Below, one piece after another: positions 12,906 through 29,305 of a stretch of DNA of 64,000 nt; position 1 is the stretch's first letter; each line of letters begins with the position of its first letter. Location: positions 372,001-436,000 of the forward strand of contig MCFH01000004.1 of the NCBI GenBank assembly GCA_002104945.1. Direction: 5' to 3'. The DNA is from Piromyces finnis finn (lineage: Eukaryota; Fungi; Neocallimastigomycota). The position numbers were made by a program, and so were the translations under genes. Below the pieces are notes generated by a model. The model was given only the letters and a program-made list of their open reading frames with translations. It ran no database searches and was not told the origin of the DNA.

Positions 12906-15900
12906 ATGATATTATTTTTTATATTCTTAGTTGCTATACTGACACCGCCGTTGGTTAATGCAGTTGTTATTGATAATGAATCTAAATTTATAGATATATT
13001 TAATAGTGATGAAAAAGAAATTGTTATTCATATTGAATCAGAATTATTATTGAATAATGAATTATCCATTAATAATACCCTTGAAAAATTAATAATTATT
13101 GGAAATTCTAATGATTCATCTAAAATAATAATAAATAAAGAGAAAAGTCATCAAAAAATTCATTTTTCACAAAATATAAAACAAGTAGAATTACTTAATA
13201 TTACAGTAGAAGGAAATCTATTTTTTGATAATAATAAAAAGATATTAATAGAAAATGTATTATTATCGGGAGGTATAGATTCAAATTTTGAAAAAAATCA
13301 AAATGATTATTTTAAATTCAAAAACTTTAATTATAAAACCAATGAACCATTTTTGGAATATTGTATTAATTTAAGTGGAAATGTCGAAATTGAAAACTCA
13401 AAATTCTGGGGAAATCATCATTGTGAAAAAAGGATAATGAAACATAAAGGAAATGATATATATTCTTTTTTTATTAAAAATTCATATTTTAGTGGTGAAT
13501 ATCAAAGTTCTTGTTTAGAAATTGAAAATGTTGCTCAAGTACAGATTACTAATTCTTTTTTTGAAAAGGGATATTGTAGGGGAGACTTAATATATGGAGG
13601 GTATATATTTTATATATATATAAAGAAATATTATTTATTATAGATTCTAACATATTGTAAAATTAAACCTACATATAAAGATCAATTTATGCATTGTCCT
13701 CAAAAGGATTTATAAAGAATTGCGAATTTAGAGATAATTTTTGTAACAGTGATGGTGGATCTTTTTATTTTGATAGTAATCCTTCATTTTTAATCGAAGA
13801 TATTAACATTTATAATACAACAGCATTAACAACAGTAATGATGATTTTTTTTATATCAACATATAAATATATGATATGATATTATAAATAGTATATATAC
13901 TTTTTCAACGATATTTATGATAATGATATTTCTTATTTATTAATACAAAGGGAAGTATGGCAAAAGTCAAAAGTTCTATAGAAGATAACAAAATAATATT
14001 TAGAAATATCAAACATACTGGGTCAGGAGGTATTAACTATGAAATATATTATGGAGGTTTAATCATGAGGTGATTAATTATTCTATGTAACATAACAGTA
14101 CATATAGAGTTAAAATGAAAAATTAATATTGATAATTTAATAGTATTACAGATTTTGCTGTAGTGGAAGTTATTAATTATTATTCAGAAAATTTATTAAA
14201 TTATTATTATGATGGAAATGCTTTTACTATACTGGACTACTCATCATTAACAATACAGTAATTACATATTTTATAATAATATTGTAATTTATATTATATA
14301 ATATTTTTCAATTAAAATATATCAATAATAATTCATTTATCAAAACCTAATAGAAATATTGAAATTAATCATCAAGAAGGAAATGGTGGTGGAGGAATGT
14401 TCATTAATTGTTATAATTGTAATAATATAAAAGTAAATGTAGAAAACGCCACATTATCTGATATTTATCAGAAAAATCCCAGACAAAACAGTATTTTAGG
14501 ATGGTTTATTCAAAATTCAAAAGTTACTTTCAATAAGTAATGAAATTATTCTTTAATAATTCTTTTATATATTCATTATTTATATTTATTAATCCAAGTT
14601 TATTAATTTATTTCTTTTTAAATAAAAGTATTAGAATTCTGAATTCTGGTGGAAAAAATACAGCGTACTAATATGAATATTTTATTTTATAAACGTAAAT
14701 ATATATATTTAAAAAAATTTGGTTTCTAAAAATATATTTATTTTTTGCTATTAATAATCAATATAGTGTATTGTATACAAGTGATTACAGTGTAGTCCAT
14801 ATCTCTAATTTAGAAATTGATACTTTTATATCAGAAACACCATCAGAAATGTTTATTTATAGTTTTGAAAATAAAAATGGTAAATTTTGAAAGAATAATT
14901 AATTTTTAATTATATTAATATTAATTTAACTTTATATATTTTTTTCTAATTTATTTAGAAGGAATAGTATTAGATTTAGAGAGAATTGAACTAAATAATA
15001 TTATATCTCAAGGAGGTAAAAATATAAATAATAAAGAAGTAACTTTTATATTTTTATTTATTAATATAAATTAAATTATTTATATTAGTTCTATTTACTG
15101 TATATAATGGAAAAGTACACCTAAGCAATTCTAAAGTAATATTAGTATAAAATATAGAAACAAAAACAAAAAAAAAAAAAAAAAAAAAAAACTATTTTTT
15201 ATAACATTTTTTATTTTAAAAGATTAAAAATGCTCATGTATGTCATAAAGAAAATACTTGTAAAAGTATAAAGGATGACAACTATATTGTTGAACAAATC
15301 GGTATCTCAGTATTAAATTCCAAATCAGAATTATTAATAACTAATACAATTTTTGAGAATATATATGGAGGTGAAAATATTATTTTTCATTTTTATACTA
15401 TTATTAATGTAATTAACTTTCTTTTTTTATAAAAAAAAACCTTACTCATAATATCATTAAATAATATATATGTATTATTTAACATAGAAAGCGGTTTTGT
15501 TTCATCTATAGAAGATTATATTACCATCAATAACTCGTTATTTTTAAATTGTGAATTTTCAAATGGACTTTTCAAAATTAATCGAGAAAGATTAGGAATA
15601 TATACCATAAATTATACTAATTTTACAAATATAATTTCGGAATCAGGATCAATTATTCACATTGAGAATTTAGATGAAGCTTCTCCAACGATTGTAACTA
15701 TAAATAATTCTAATTTTGTAAATATAAAAGCTAATCGTTATGGAGGAATTTTATATTCACTCAGTAAACATATAAATGATCGTGTTTCTTTTAATGATTG
15801 TAATTTTAAAGGGTCAAAAGCATCCATTGGAAATATATTATATGTCATTGATAAAGATTCAGAGCCGTATATATCTAATATGGATGATTTAAAAAAAATT

Positions 15901-18058
15901 AAAGGAAATATTGCTACAAATCCCACTAAAATAAAATTAAACTATATATTAGATACTATCGAATTATACTCGGGAGATAAATTACCGGATAATATTGCTT
16001 GTAAATCATATTATTTTATATATAACCTCTTTATTATAAAATATATGTAATTAATTAATTCATTCGTTATTTGATTGTACTATATTCAATATTATAACAG
16101 GCAGTATTTATGACGATTATGATAATTGTAAAAATAAAAAAAAACATATCTCTTTTTTAATTTTATTTAAATATTTTATTATTATTATTCTTGAAAACTA
16201 AAGCAGTAATTTAATTTAATTACTTTTTAAAAATAATAGTAATTATTTTCAAATCTGAGATATCAAATATGAAAATTGAAAATTTTATGTTTTTTAGTGT
16301 CGGAACAAAGGATCCTTATAATGTGGAATTGTATGGTCAGACAAAATCTTATTGCTGGAATAATTCATGTATTTTCCCTCAAGTTAAAGGTTTCCAAAAA
16401 GATATAATATAAATTATATTATTTTTTAATATAATTAATAATATTTTAACAAATATAAATTATTTATTTTTATATGATAATCAAGTTATTGGAAACCCTG
16501 GTGTTTACAATTTAACTTTAACACTTAATACTTTTGGTAATTATAAATTAATATATAAATGATTTTTCATTAGTATTTTTTGATATTTACAACTCTACTT
16601 TTTTACTTTAATTTTATGATAATTTTTTAATATTAGGGGATTTTAGTGATTTTGAAAATAATAATATTGATATTCAAGTAAAAATAAAATCATGCAATAA
16701 CGCTTTTATTAATCAATTAACAGATAGTTCTAGAATAAAATCATGGTAATTAAAAAAAACTTTTGAAAATGAAAATTAAATAGTGAATTAATCTTATCTT
16801 AATATATATTAATATATTATAATTTCGTTCCATTAGTTATCAACCTGTTTGTAATCCTTCATGCAATCATGGAAAATGTATTAATAATAATCTTTGCAAA
16901 TGCCATGATACACTTTATACAGGAAAATTTTGTAACGAATATTATCAGTTAGAAAGAATAGGAATTCTTGATACTATAATAAGAATTATCACAATTATAC
17001 TATTATTTATTATAATTATGTTAATTTTTATTACCTTAAAATATCGTAAAAATAAAAATATTAAATCTGGTATGTTATTTTTTTTTTAAATAAGAAAATC
17101 ACTAATTATGTAAAATCGATATAAATTCATCTAAACCTATATCGAAATTATTATAATCTATAGGTGGTATATGTTTTATAATAATTATATTAATTGGAAG
17201 TATTGTTAAAACTATATATGAATTTTATTTAACATATGAAAGAACAAAAACATCCTGTTACCTATTATACATTCTAAACAATACAGTAATTTGTTAATTA
17301 TGAATTTTAATACATATGATTAATATATAAGTTAAATTTTGAAAATAACAACCATTTTATATTTCTACATTTATAGGGATTTTCACTAGTTTTTGGAACA
17401 GTTTTAGTAAAAACTTTTAGAATTTATAGAATGTATAAAATTATATATTTTTTTAATTATATATTAAACAACAATTATAATAATAATTAGAATAATAATA
17501 ACTAAAATTAATTATATTTACTATATAATAAAAACTGATTTTTTCTTTTTAGTTTTAATTCTCGAAAAAAGAATATGAAAATTAGTTTAAGTGGAATGTA
17601 TGCTAGTATTATAATAATATTATCATTTCATATTATTATGGCGAGTATATGGATTCGATATGACCTACTAGATATAACTATAGAAAAAACAACAAAATTT
17701 AGAGAATACAAAAAGTGTTCCTACCCTTCTATCTCTAAAATCAGGTTAAATACTATTAAAAAAATATATTTTAATATATATATATATTAGGGAAAAAAAC
17801 TAATTATTTTTTATATCTTAAATAATAATAATAAATATAAAAATGATACACATATAGTACTATATTTAATCAAATTATTTTACTTATAGGGTCCTATTTT
17901 TCTTATTTTATTAGAGATGTTGAAAATAAGTATAAAGAAGTAAGGATTAAAAAAATTTAATAAGAAATTTATTTATTTATTTATTTAGTTAATTAGTTAG
18001 TTATTTAGTTAGTTATTTAGTTATTTAGTTATTTATTTATATATATATATATATATAT

Positions 18059-18101
<43 letters not shown>

Positions 18102-18375
18102 TTATAAAAAGAACTTATTTATTCCAGTATATACTTTTGTTGTTACTGAAATTATTATTATGGTAGTTAATAGTGAGGAATCTCTCTCAATTATTGTTCA
18201 GGATTTCTTTAATACTATTAGTAATATTATTAATACCTCTATTATAATATACTATATGAATATATCGAAACTATATGTTATATACTATTCAAAAGTATAT
18301 ACCTCGGGACTAAATCATATTAAACAAAATGTAAATGATAATACATTTGATTATACTTCATATGCATCATATTAA
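12906..18375 (+). CDS. Multi-exon class C (7tm_3, GABA-B-like) GPCR with beta-helix ectodomain and EGF domain
   Basis: It has a signal peptide, GGSFYFD/GGGGMFI/YGGILYS beta-helix motifs and the EGF segment CNPSCNHGKCINNNLCKCHDTLYTGKFC (about 16849-16932). The spliced TM3 reads GFSLVFGTVLVKTFRIYR (about 17377-17430), a class C signature. TM4-TM7 exons are at about 17550-17743, 17858-17939 and 18113-18375. There are many short exons and not all junctions were verified. Confidence 0.82.
17968..18102. repeat. Intronic (TTTA/TTAG)n and (TA)n microsatellite
   Basis: Directly visible tetranucleotide and dinucleotide runs inside the last intron of the second receptor gene. Confidence 0.9.
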
Positions 18376-19730
18376 AATAATATATATGATGTATTTTAAT
18401 AATTTATAGAGAATCTTTTTATTAAATTAAAATTTAAAATATCTTTTTTTTTTTTTTTACACCAAATATAATAATAATAATTTATTCTTTTGTATAAAAC
18501 AATTTATATATATTTGATACTATTATTATTTATAATACATTGAAAATAAGTTAATTATTTTAAAACTTAATACAATATATAAAATAAAATATAACTAATA
18601 AATGAATTTCAAAAAATATAATTATTTTTAAGTATTGAAAATGAAATATCTATCTCAGTATTTCTTTACTACTAAAACTCATTATTATACATGTAATATA
18701 TATTTTTACATTTACATCATTACAGTTGAAAATTTTGTTTTTTATTAAAAAAATAAATACAGCTGATTTTCTATATGAAGTACTTGCCATAATATTATAC
18801 CAAAAAATATTCAGATCTGATCAAATTTTACCAGAACAATTTTCCAGAAATTTGGCCAGTCGTTTTATTATGAAAAAAATTTTAGTCTGGTATAAAACCT
18901 GGCTAAATATGTGAAACCGCTCTTTTCAAAAAGAGAGCAGAAATAGTAAAACGTCTATTATTTTTATAGTTGAAAAATCCATTTTTTATTAAAAAAAAAA
19001 TACATTAATTGCATATTAATGTATTTATTTTCTATTTTTTCCCCATCTCTTCTCTATATTATTTCATAATAAACAATAATATAAACTTTGAACTAATTCC
19101 AATTATTTAACTATTTATTTCTTTTTTTTATTATTCCTTATTAGATAATATATAAGTATAAGATTCACTTTTTTCTTTCATTATTCCCTTTTTTCCTACT
19201 CTAATAAATGTCACTTTTTTAATTTTTTTTGGATGGCTAACTTTACTTTGTTACATTTTATCTTACGTATTACTAAGCAATGTATGTACTTATATAATTA
19301 ATATATAATAAAAGCTATTGAAGAATATACTAAATTATAATAAACAATTTATTTTTATTATATGGGTAATATATTAGTATTTTTTATTTTTACTTTGTTA
19401 CATCAAAAGAATTTTAATAAGAATAGCTTGTGTAGCATTTTTTAATATGTTTATATATATATTTAAATTAAATTAATTAATTTATTATATATTATAGTTT
19501 ATTATTAAATGTTTACAACATTTTCCTTTTATGTTGAAGATTATAAAAATTAATATAAGATATAATATTATTGGATAGTAGAATCATATAAAATATAACT
19601 TCGATAATTATATAAACAATCCATATAATATATATATAATCTAATAAATATAAAAAATAATTATTTTATTTATTGCATTATAATAAAATGAGTGAGTATT
19701 ATACATGATGAAATAATAATAATAAATATA

Positions 19731-20394
19731 ATTTATTTATTTACTTATTTATTTATTCATTCATTTATTCATTCATTTGTTTATTTATTTATTTGATTAT
19801 TTATTTAGTTATTTATTTATTTATTTATACATTCATTTATTTATTCATTCATTTATTTACTTATTTATTTATTTATTCATTTATTCATTTATTTATTCAT
19901 TTATTTATTTATTCATTCATTTATTTATTTATTCATTCATTTGTTTATTTATTTATTTGATTATTTATACATTTATTTATTTATTTACTTATTTACTTAT
20001 TTATTTATTTATTCATTTATTTATTTATTTATTTATTCATTCATTCATTTATTTATTCATTCATTCATTTATTTATTCATTTATTTATTTATTCATTTAT
20101 TCATTTATTTATTCATTTATTTATTTATTTATTCATTCATTTATTTATTTATTCATTCATTTGTTTATTTATTTATTTGATTATTTATACATTTATTTAT
20201 TTATTTATTTACTTATTTACTTATTTATTTATTCATTTATTTATTTATTTATTTATTTATTTATTCATTCATTTATTTATTCATTTATTTATTTATTTAT
20301 TCATTCATTCATTCATTTATTTATTCATTTATTTATTTATTTATTTATTCATTTATTTATTCATTTATTTATTTATTTATTTATTTATTTATTT
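19731..20394. repeat. About 660-bp (TTTA/TTCA)n microsatellite with higher-order duplication
   Basis: Continuous tetranucleotide array. The variant block ttgtttatttatttatttgattattta recurs at 19777, 19941 and 20161. Confidence 0.95.
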
Positions 20395-20750
20395 GTATCA
20401 TCTTTGTATTTTATTTATTTATTTTTATTTTTTTGGTAATAATTTCATTTACTATTTTTGGTGTTTTTTTTTTAATTTAAAATAAATCTGTAATAAAAAA
20501 AAAAAAAGGCTTTACTTTTTTTATTAATATTGTATTTATTATTATTGCAGTTTTTTTTTTTTTTTTTTTTTTATTTTTTTTTTTATAAATTTTAAATTTA
20601 TTATTTTTCATCAATTACTTTTTCTATTTTTAAATTTCAAAAAGACATTTTATTTTAATAAATTTAAATTCAATACTATTCATTATACTATTATTAATAA
20701 ATAATATCTATATATATAAAACCTTTACTGTCACATTTGCATTATTAAAA

Positions 20751-21485
20751 ATGAAAATTTTTGCATCATTATTATATTTACTTTCAGCAACTACTGCATT
20801 ATCATACACTATAATAAATAGAAATATAAAAAGAGATGTCAAAATGAATGTAAATGAATATGCTTTTTCTCAAGTCTCTGAAAGTTGCAGAAAAGATTTA
20901 ATTGATTTCCAAGAATATTACAGTTGTACTGGTATTGTTAACATTACTACAGAAAATTTTCCAGAAATATGTAATGAATATAACAGCGAAAAATGTCAAA
21001 CTGTTTTAAAAAACCCACTTTCATACATTCCAAATTGTAAAAATTATAGTGTTATTAGTGAAGTTTTTAGTGATATAGCCGTAAGCTTTAGAAGAACTGA
21101 AATGACTGTTGTATGTACTTTTGATGAAAGTAATAATTTATGCCCAGTTGCTGAAGTTTTTGTTAATAAAACTAGAAACCAAAATGTTGAAAAGCGTGCT
21201 ATTCGTCAAAGCTGTCGCTCTAAAAAATGTACTGACATTATGATTGACGTTCTTCCTCTCTTTTTAGAGGAAACTAAAGATGCTGAAAATCTTATCATCA
21301 CTGAAGGTAATGTTGATGAAGATATTGATAAAAACGTCGATGAATGGATTGATTATTTAAAGAGTGATGAATGTACTGATCAATATAATAAAAACAGTCA
21401 AAACGCTAGAAGTAGTGCTTCTACTCTTAAAGGCATAGGAAGTACTCTCCTTGTTACTATCTCCTTAATTTTCACATTATTTTAA
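20751..21485 (+). CDS. Secreted 10-Cys protein with predicted GPI anchor, paralog 3
   Basis: 244-aa single exon with a signal peptide and a KR dibasic site, as in paralog 1. It has the same 10-Cys spacing (EKCQTVLKNP..YIPNC, CTFDESNNLCPVA, SCRSKKC, YLKSDEC) and a hydrophobic tail. Confidence 0.88.
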   Translation: MKIFASLLYLLSATTALSYTIINRNIKRDVKMNVNEYAFSQVSESCRKDLIDFQEYYSCTGIVNITTENFPEICNEYNSEKCQTVLKNPLSYIPNCKNYSVISEVFSDIAVSFRRTEMTVVCTFDESNNLCPVAEVFVNKTRNQNVEKRAIRQSCRSKKCTDIMIDVLPLFLEETKDAENLIITEGNVDEDIDKNVDEWIDYLKSDECTDQYNKNSQNARSSASTLKGIGSTLLVTISLIFTLF

Positions 21486-22277
21486 AATTTTTAAATAAAT
21501 ATATATATATAAATTGTATAAAACAGCATTAATTATATAACATATATCATATATGATAAACTTAAATTTAATCTATCCTATATCTATTTTTTATTCTATT
21601 AACAAAATGCACCATCAAAAAAAAAAAAATCACAACTATATTATAAAAAAAAAAAAAAAGATATAATATTTCATTATTTTATCAATAGACATGTTATTTA
21701 TAGATAATAAAAAAATAAATCTATTATTTTATAAAAAAAAACAATAAATATATATATAATTTCAGAGAATTTTGAATAAAAAAAAGAAAATCATTAATAA
21801 TATTAGATAAATTGAGAAACAACTAACTCCATATATTAAAGTAAAATAATCAGTCATCATAAAGTGATGATAACAATATATTAAAACCTATTTACTTAGG
21901 TAAAAAGGAAAATAGACATAGAATGATTTTTTTATATTCTCGCATTTATATATATATAAACTATTTTTTTTTATATTATCAACTGATCTATTGATTTATG
22001 ATCTATAAATAAGAGTTATTATTTATAATAACAACAAGAAGCTTTTTCATTAAAATAGAATTTGAAACTATTTTGTTAATTTCAATAATATACAAATGAA
22101 ATATATATGAAATACACTAATAAAAAAAATATATAATATTTTATGAAAAGGCATCTAATTATCCTTAATTCAACATTAATTTTCAAATAACAATTCTTAG
22201 CAAAAAACACTATTTATTTTTCTAGGAATAATGTTTCATAACAATTTCATTTTTCTATACGTAACAACACTTTTTTT

Positions 22278-22327
<50 letters not shown>

Positions 22328-23579
22328 AAGAAAGAAAATATCTATTATCCTTTATATATATATATCATAACTAATATTATAATATAATCAAATTTTATTT
22401 TTTTTAATAGAATATCGTATCTTTATATTTTTATATCTTAATTATATATTTTATATTTTATATTATTATCATTATATATATATATAAAAGAATTTTTATA
22501 TTAATATTATTATTATTTATTATATACTTAAAAAAAAAACAGTTATTTTAATATTATATTTATTTTTTAAAAAAAATAAAGACAAAATAACATAAAAATA
22601 TCTTTAATTTTCTCTTTTGTCTTTTTTTATTTTATCAGCATTATATTAATTTCAATAGTATATGCATTTTAATGCTATTATTTCAATAATGTCATGCATA
22701 ATGCATAATACATAGATTCATTCATGTATTTATTTATTTATTTATTTGTTATAAAAGAATAAAAAAGAAATACATGAAAAGATAATAAAATAATAAATAA
22801 AATAAAAACTTAAATAGATTGTGTGAATGTGCTTTATAGAAAGAAAGTCGCTTTTTTTTGTTTGACTTATTTTTACTATTATATTAATTAAAAAAATTTT
22901 TTATTAAAAAAAATTAAATTTTTTTTTTTTTTTGATAAAAAAAATAAAAGTGGCAAGTGAAAGATAGTAAGCTGCCTTATCAGCAATTGAAAGGAAAAAA
23001 AAAAAGAAAAAGTCCAAAAAGAGTAAATACAAGTACAAGAAAATATATATATTGCATATTTATTTTTACTTTTTTTTTTTATATAACTATTAAAAGCAAA
23101 AGCAAAAAAAAAAAAAGATTTTATAATTATAAAATTAAATTTTAAAATAATTAAAAAATATATATACAATTATAATAAAATAACCTTTATGATTTTAATT
23201 CATTTATTTCTTTTTTATATATTAAAAATAATAAAGCCGTTATATGAAATACTAAAATTATATCAGTACTTTAGAAATATTTATAATAACCTTCAAGTTT
23301 TAAATAATTTGAAAAAAATAATACAAAAAAAAATTAAAGATAGAAAAAAATCTTCACGGTCTTATTAATATATCAATTCACCGTTAATAATTATACAAAA
23401 TATTTATGTTGTAGCAAAAAAATACAAAGATTAATAGAGACAAATATAAATATATATATATACATATACTAATACATTAGTAATAAGCTTATTTATTAAA
23501 ACATTTTACATTTATATAACTAATTTTTCAAGATTTTATGTTTTAAACACTTTTCATATTATTAGAAATTTATTTAAAA

Positions 23580-26049
<2,470 letters not shown>

Positions 26050-26178
26050 AAGATGACTAACTACCGTAGTATATGAAAAGAAATATAAAGATTATATATA
26101 TATATATATTCTATCTATTTATTATCAAAAGTATTTAATTCTTATCATTTATTTATATAAATTTTGTTTTTGTATTTC

Positions 26179-26211
<33 letters not shown>

Positions 26212-26771
26212 CGTTTTCTATATATATTTTAATTTTTAAACTTATTTTAATTCAACTCGTTAAACATTTTATTTTAGTGAATAATAATTTTTTTTATATA
26301 TATAAATATGTTTATATTTTTTAATATCATAATTTATTAAACATTACCAAAAATTATTAATTATTAATAAATCAAAAGACGATATATCTATCCGTCCTAA
26401 TGATAAATAAATAAATAAAAATTACACCTATATTTTCATTTTCTTTTTTTTTTTTTTTTTTTTTTTTTTTCTCTATACATTTCTTTCTTTTAAGTTTTGA
26501 TGTTAAATATCAAAAATCAAAGAGAGAATAATAAACCATAATCATAACTAAACAGGAAACCAATAATTTTTATTATCAATTATTATTTTATTTTATTTTA
26601 TTTTATTTATTAAAATATGAATTCAATGAGTAGTATTGAAAAAGATAAAAAAAAAAAAAAAAAAGTATATATATTATATATATTATTAATTATATTTATT
26701 TTTTGTTTCATCGCTTATGTATGAAGAAAAATAAAAAGATAATTAAAAAAAAAAAAAGTCATTTATAAAAT

Positions 26772-29305
26772 TTAATATCCTTCACGTTCAAAGATAGATG
26801 GTTCTGGATAAAGGATTTGCATAAAGTGACTAAATTGTTCTGCAGCTTCTGGAATATTATAATCATCATTTAAATTAAAGAAAATAAGAGTTTTATGTTT
26901 TATAATTTCTTTAAAAAATTTATTATTTCTTTTAATATCATCATAAACGGCACCAAATCTTATCATTAAATTTTTAATATTAAAATCAACAATATGAAAA
27001 CCATATTTCAAAATACTACGTTTTCTTTTATAATTAGCACTATCATCATCACCTCTAATATCATGAATATACACAGAATCATAAAATTGATCAAATTTTT
27101 CTTCAAATCCTGGCTGTGATGCGTGAAGACGAAGATACATGCTTTGAGCGTATGGTGGAACAAAATCCATAGCTGTGCGGAAACGATGACCAACAACAAG
27201 ATCAACATATTGGGCATAACGTTGACGAGCCATTTCAAAAAGATCACGATAATAAACGTATGGAGAATGTTCTAACATATTAACTAAAGTTGATTGTTCT
27301 AAATCTTCAGCAATTACCCCATTAGTCATAGCCATGGATCCATAAAATTTATCAATCCATCTTGCATTTTTATTATTAAAAGTACTACGAGATTTTTCAA
27401 AACTGAGAGTAATAAACTTATCAGAGAGATAGACATTTGGAAAACGATAATATTTGGCTGCATTTGGATAAATATATTTATTAATATAAGGCTTACGAGT
27501 AGGAATATTTTCAGTTCTAAAAATAGAAATAGAACCATCTTCTTTATATTTAAAATCTTCATTCATTAATACAACCTTTTCACTTTGCTTATTTTTTGAA
27601 ATAATACCGATGCCTTCATCTTCATTATCAGGCATTTCACCTTCTACATATTCTTCCTCATTATTTTGATACTCATTTTCATCATCTGGGTTTTCTCCAT
27701 CATCAATATTATCATTCTTATTATTTTTAGAATCCAAATGATAACCTTTATCCTTAAAGAACTTTATTCTATTTTGTTCTCTTTCACGACGAGCGTTTTC
27801 TTCAGTATCCTGTTTACTATCTGGGATATAATTTTCATTATCATCATCATCAATAGCTTCAATGTCATCATCAACTTCGCCTTCCTCGTCATCTTCTTCT
27901 ACATTAATTGGGTTTCTTTTACCTATAAATTCACTTCTCTTTTCCTTACTATTAACTTTCTTTAATTCTTCTGCTACTAATTCTTGAATATCTTTATCAA
28001 TTTTTACACCATGGACATAATGTTCTTCCTCTTCTTCTTCTTCTTCTTCTTCTTCATTTTGACTTTGTCTTTTTTTCATGTTTATTAAATAATCTTTATT
28101 ATTATTTTTATTTTTTTTACTTTTTCTTATACGATATTCTTTTACCTTTTTATTATTTATATAACCTTCACCACCACCAAAGAAAAAGAAGGCAGGATGA
28201 ACTGGTCTACGGAAAAAGTATTCATCATTCAATTGAATAAATTGTTCAGATACACCAGGAATACGATCCAAGAACCATTCTATTGCAAAAGAATTAAATG
28301 TAGGATTAACAAGAGTTCCATTTTTTGTTTGTTTTGGAAGGATATCCTCTTGATCAATAACCTTAATTCTTGGATTATTAGTATCTAGCCAAACAGGGGT
28401 TTGACCAGGTGTAACAATATAGATTGTACCTTTATGCCATGGTAAATATTTATAGAGAGAACGAAGAGAATAACGTAACTCATCTATACAACGATCACGA
28501 TTATCTGCCTTTTTAATACCACCATTATATTTAGATTTTCTTTCCATTAAAGCGTCATCAGTACCGTTAATCCAAGTATAGACAATAGAAATATCTTTAG
28601 CCCACTGCCACTCTTGTTCTAATTCACTACCTCTTTTACCGGATTCGACATCTCTAGCATATTGTAATAAAAACTCCAATTCTAAATGATCAACACTTCT
28701 TGTTAATTTATCATAATATAATGGTTCCATATCTATCATACGTTTTGTTTCTTCTAATAATTGTTTTTTAACATAATTATAATTTTCATCACTAAGAGTA
28801 TCTAAGTCGTTAACTTCATCCAATCCTATCATAATATCATCATAATCATTGACGGAATATTTTTCCACAGTTTCATCATTTGAAATATATTTTTTTGGAT
28901 CCAAATTATAAAATGACATTATACCTTTATTACCTATTATATTAATTAAATGGAATATACATTAATATTTTTTATCCAAATATAATGATAAAATAATAAT
29001 TTTCTAATATAAAGGTTATGTAAATAAAAATTTTAAAATTGATAATAATATATAATTTTATTACTATCATATATTTTTTTTTACACTATTCCATTCATTT
29101 AAATCTAATTAATTATTATTAAAATATAACAAATAAAAACTATGTTTATAAAATTTATAAATATATATAATAAATAATAGTTACCATTATTCGACAATAA
29201 TAATTTTAAACTAATAATTATTATTAAAATGCAAATTAACAAAAATATTTTTCGGAAATTACGAAAAATATTTCTTCGTCTTAATGAAAAAAAGGTTAAT
29301 ACCAT
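26772..29305 (-). CDS. Stealth-family hexose/xylose-1-phosphate phosphotransferase, type II membrane protein
   Basis: All four Stealth regions are present: CR1 DISIVYTWINGTD, CR2 DELRYSLRSLYKYLPW...PTFNSFAIE...QFIQLNDEYFF, CR3 HSPYVYYRD, CR4 FFNLNDD. An upstream exon at 29305-29185 (MVLTFFSLRRRN + TM helix) splices in phase to an exon starting at 28933. Confidence 0.9.

Noticed and set aside
18915-18960. Short hairpin (ctcttt-tcaa-aaagag) as a Helitron 3' end
   Set aside because: The stem is weak and there is no CTRR terminus at the expected distance.
19777-20485. Long hydrophobic ORFs (FIYL repeats) of up to 220 aa
   Set aside because: These are translations of the TTTA/TTCA microsatellite, which lacks stops in these frames.
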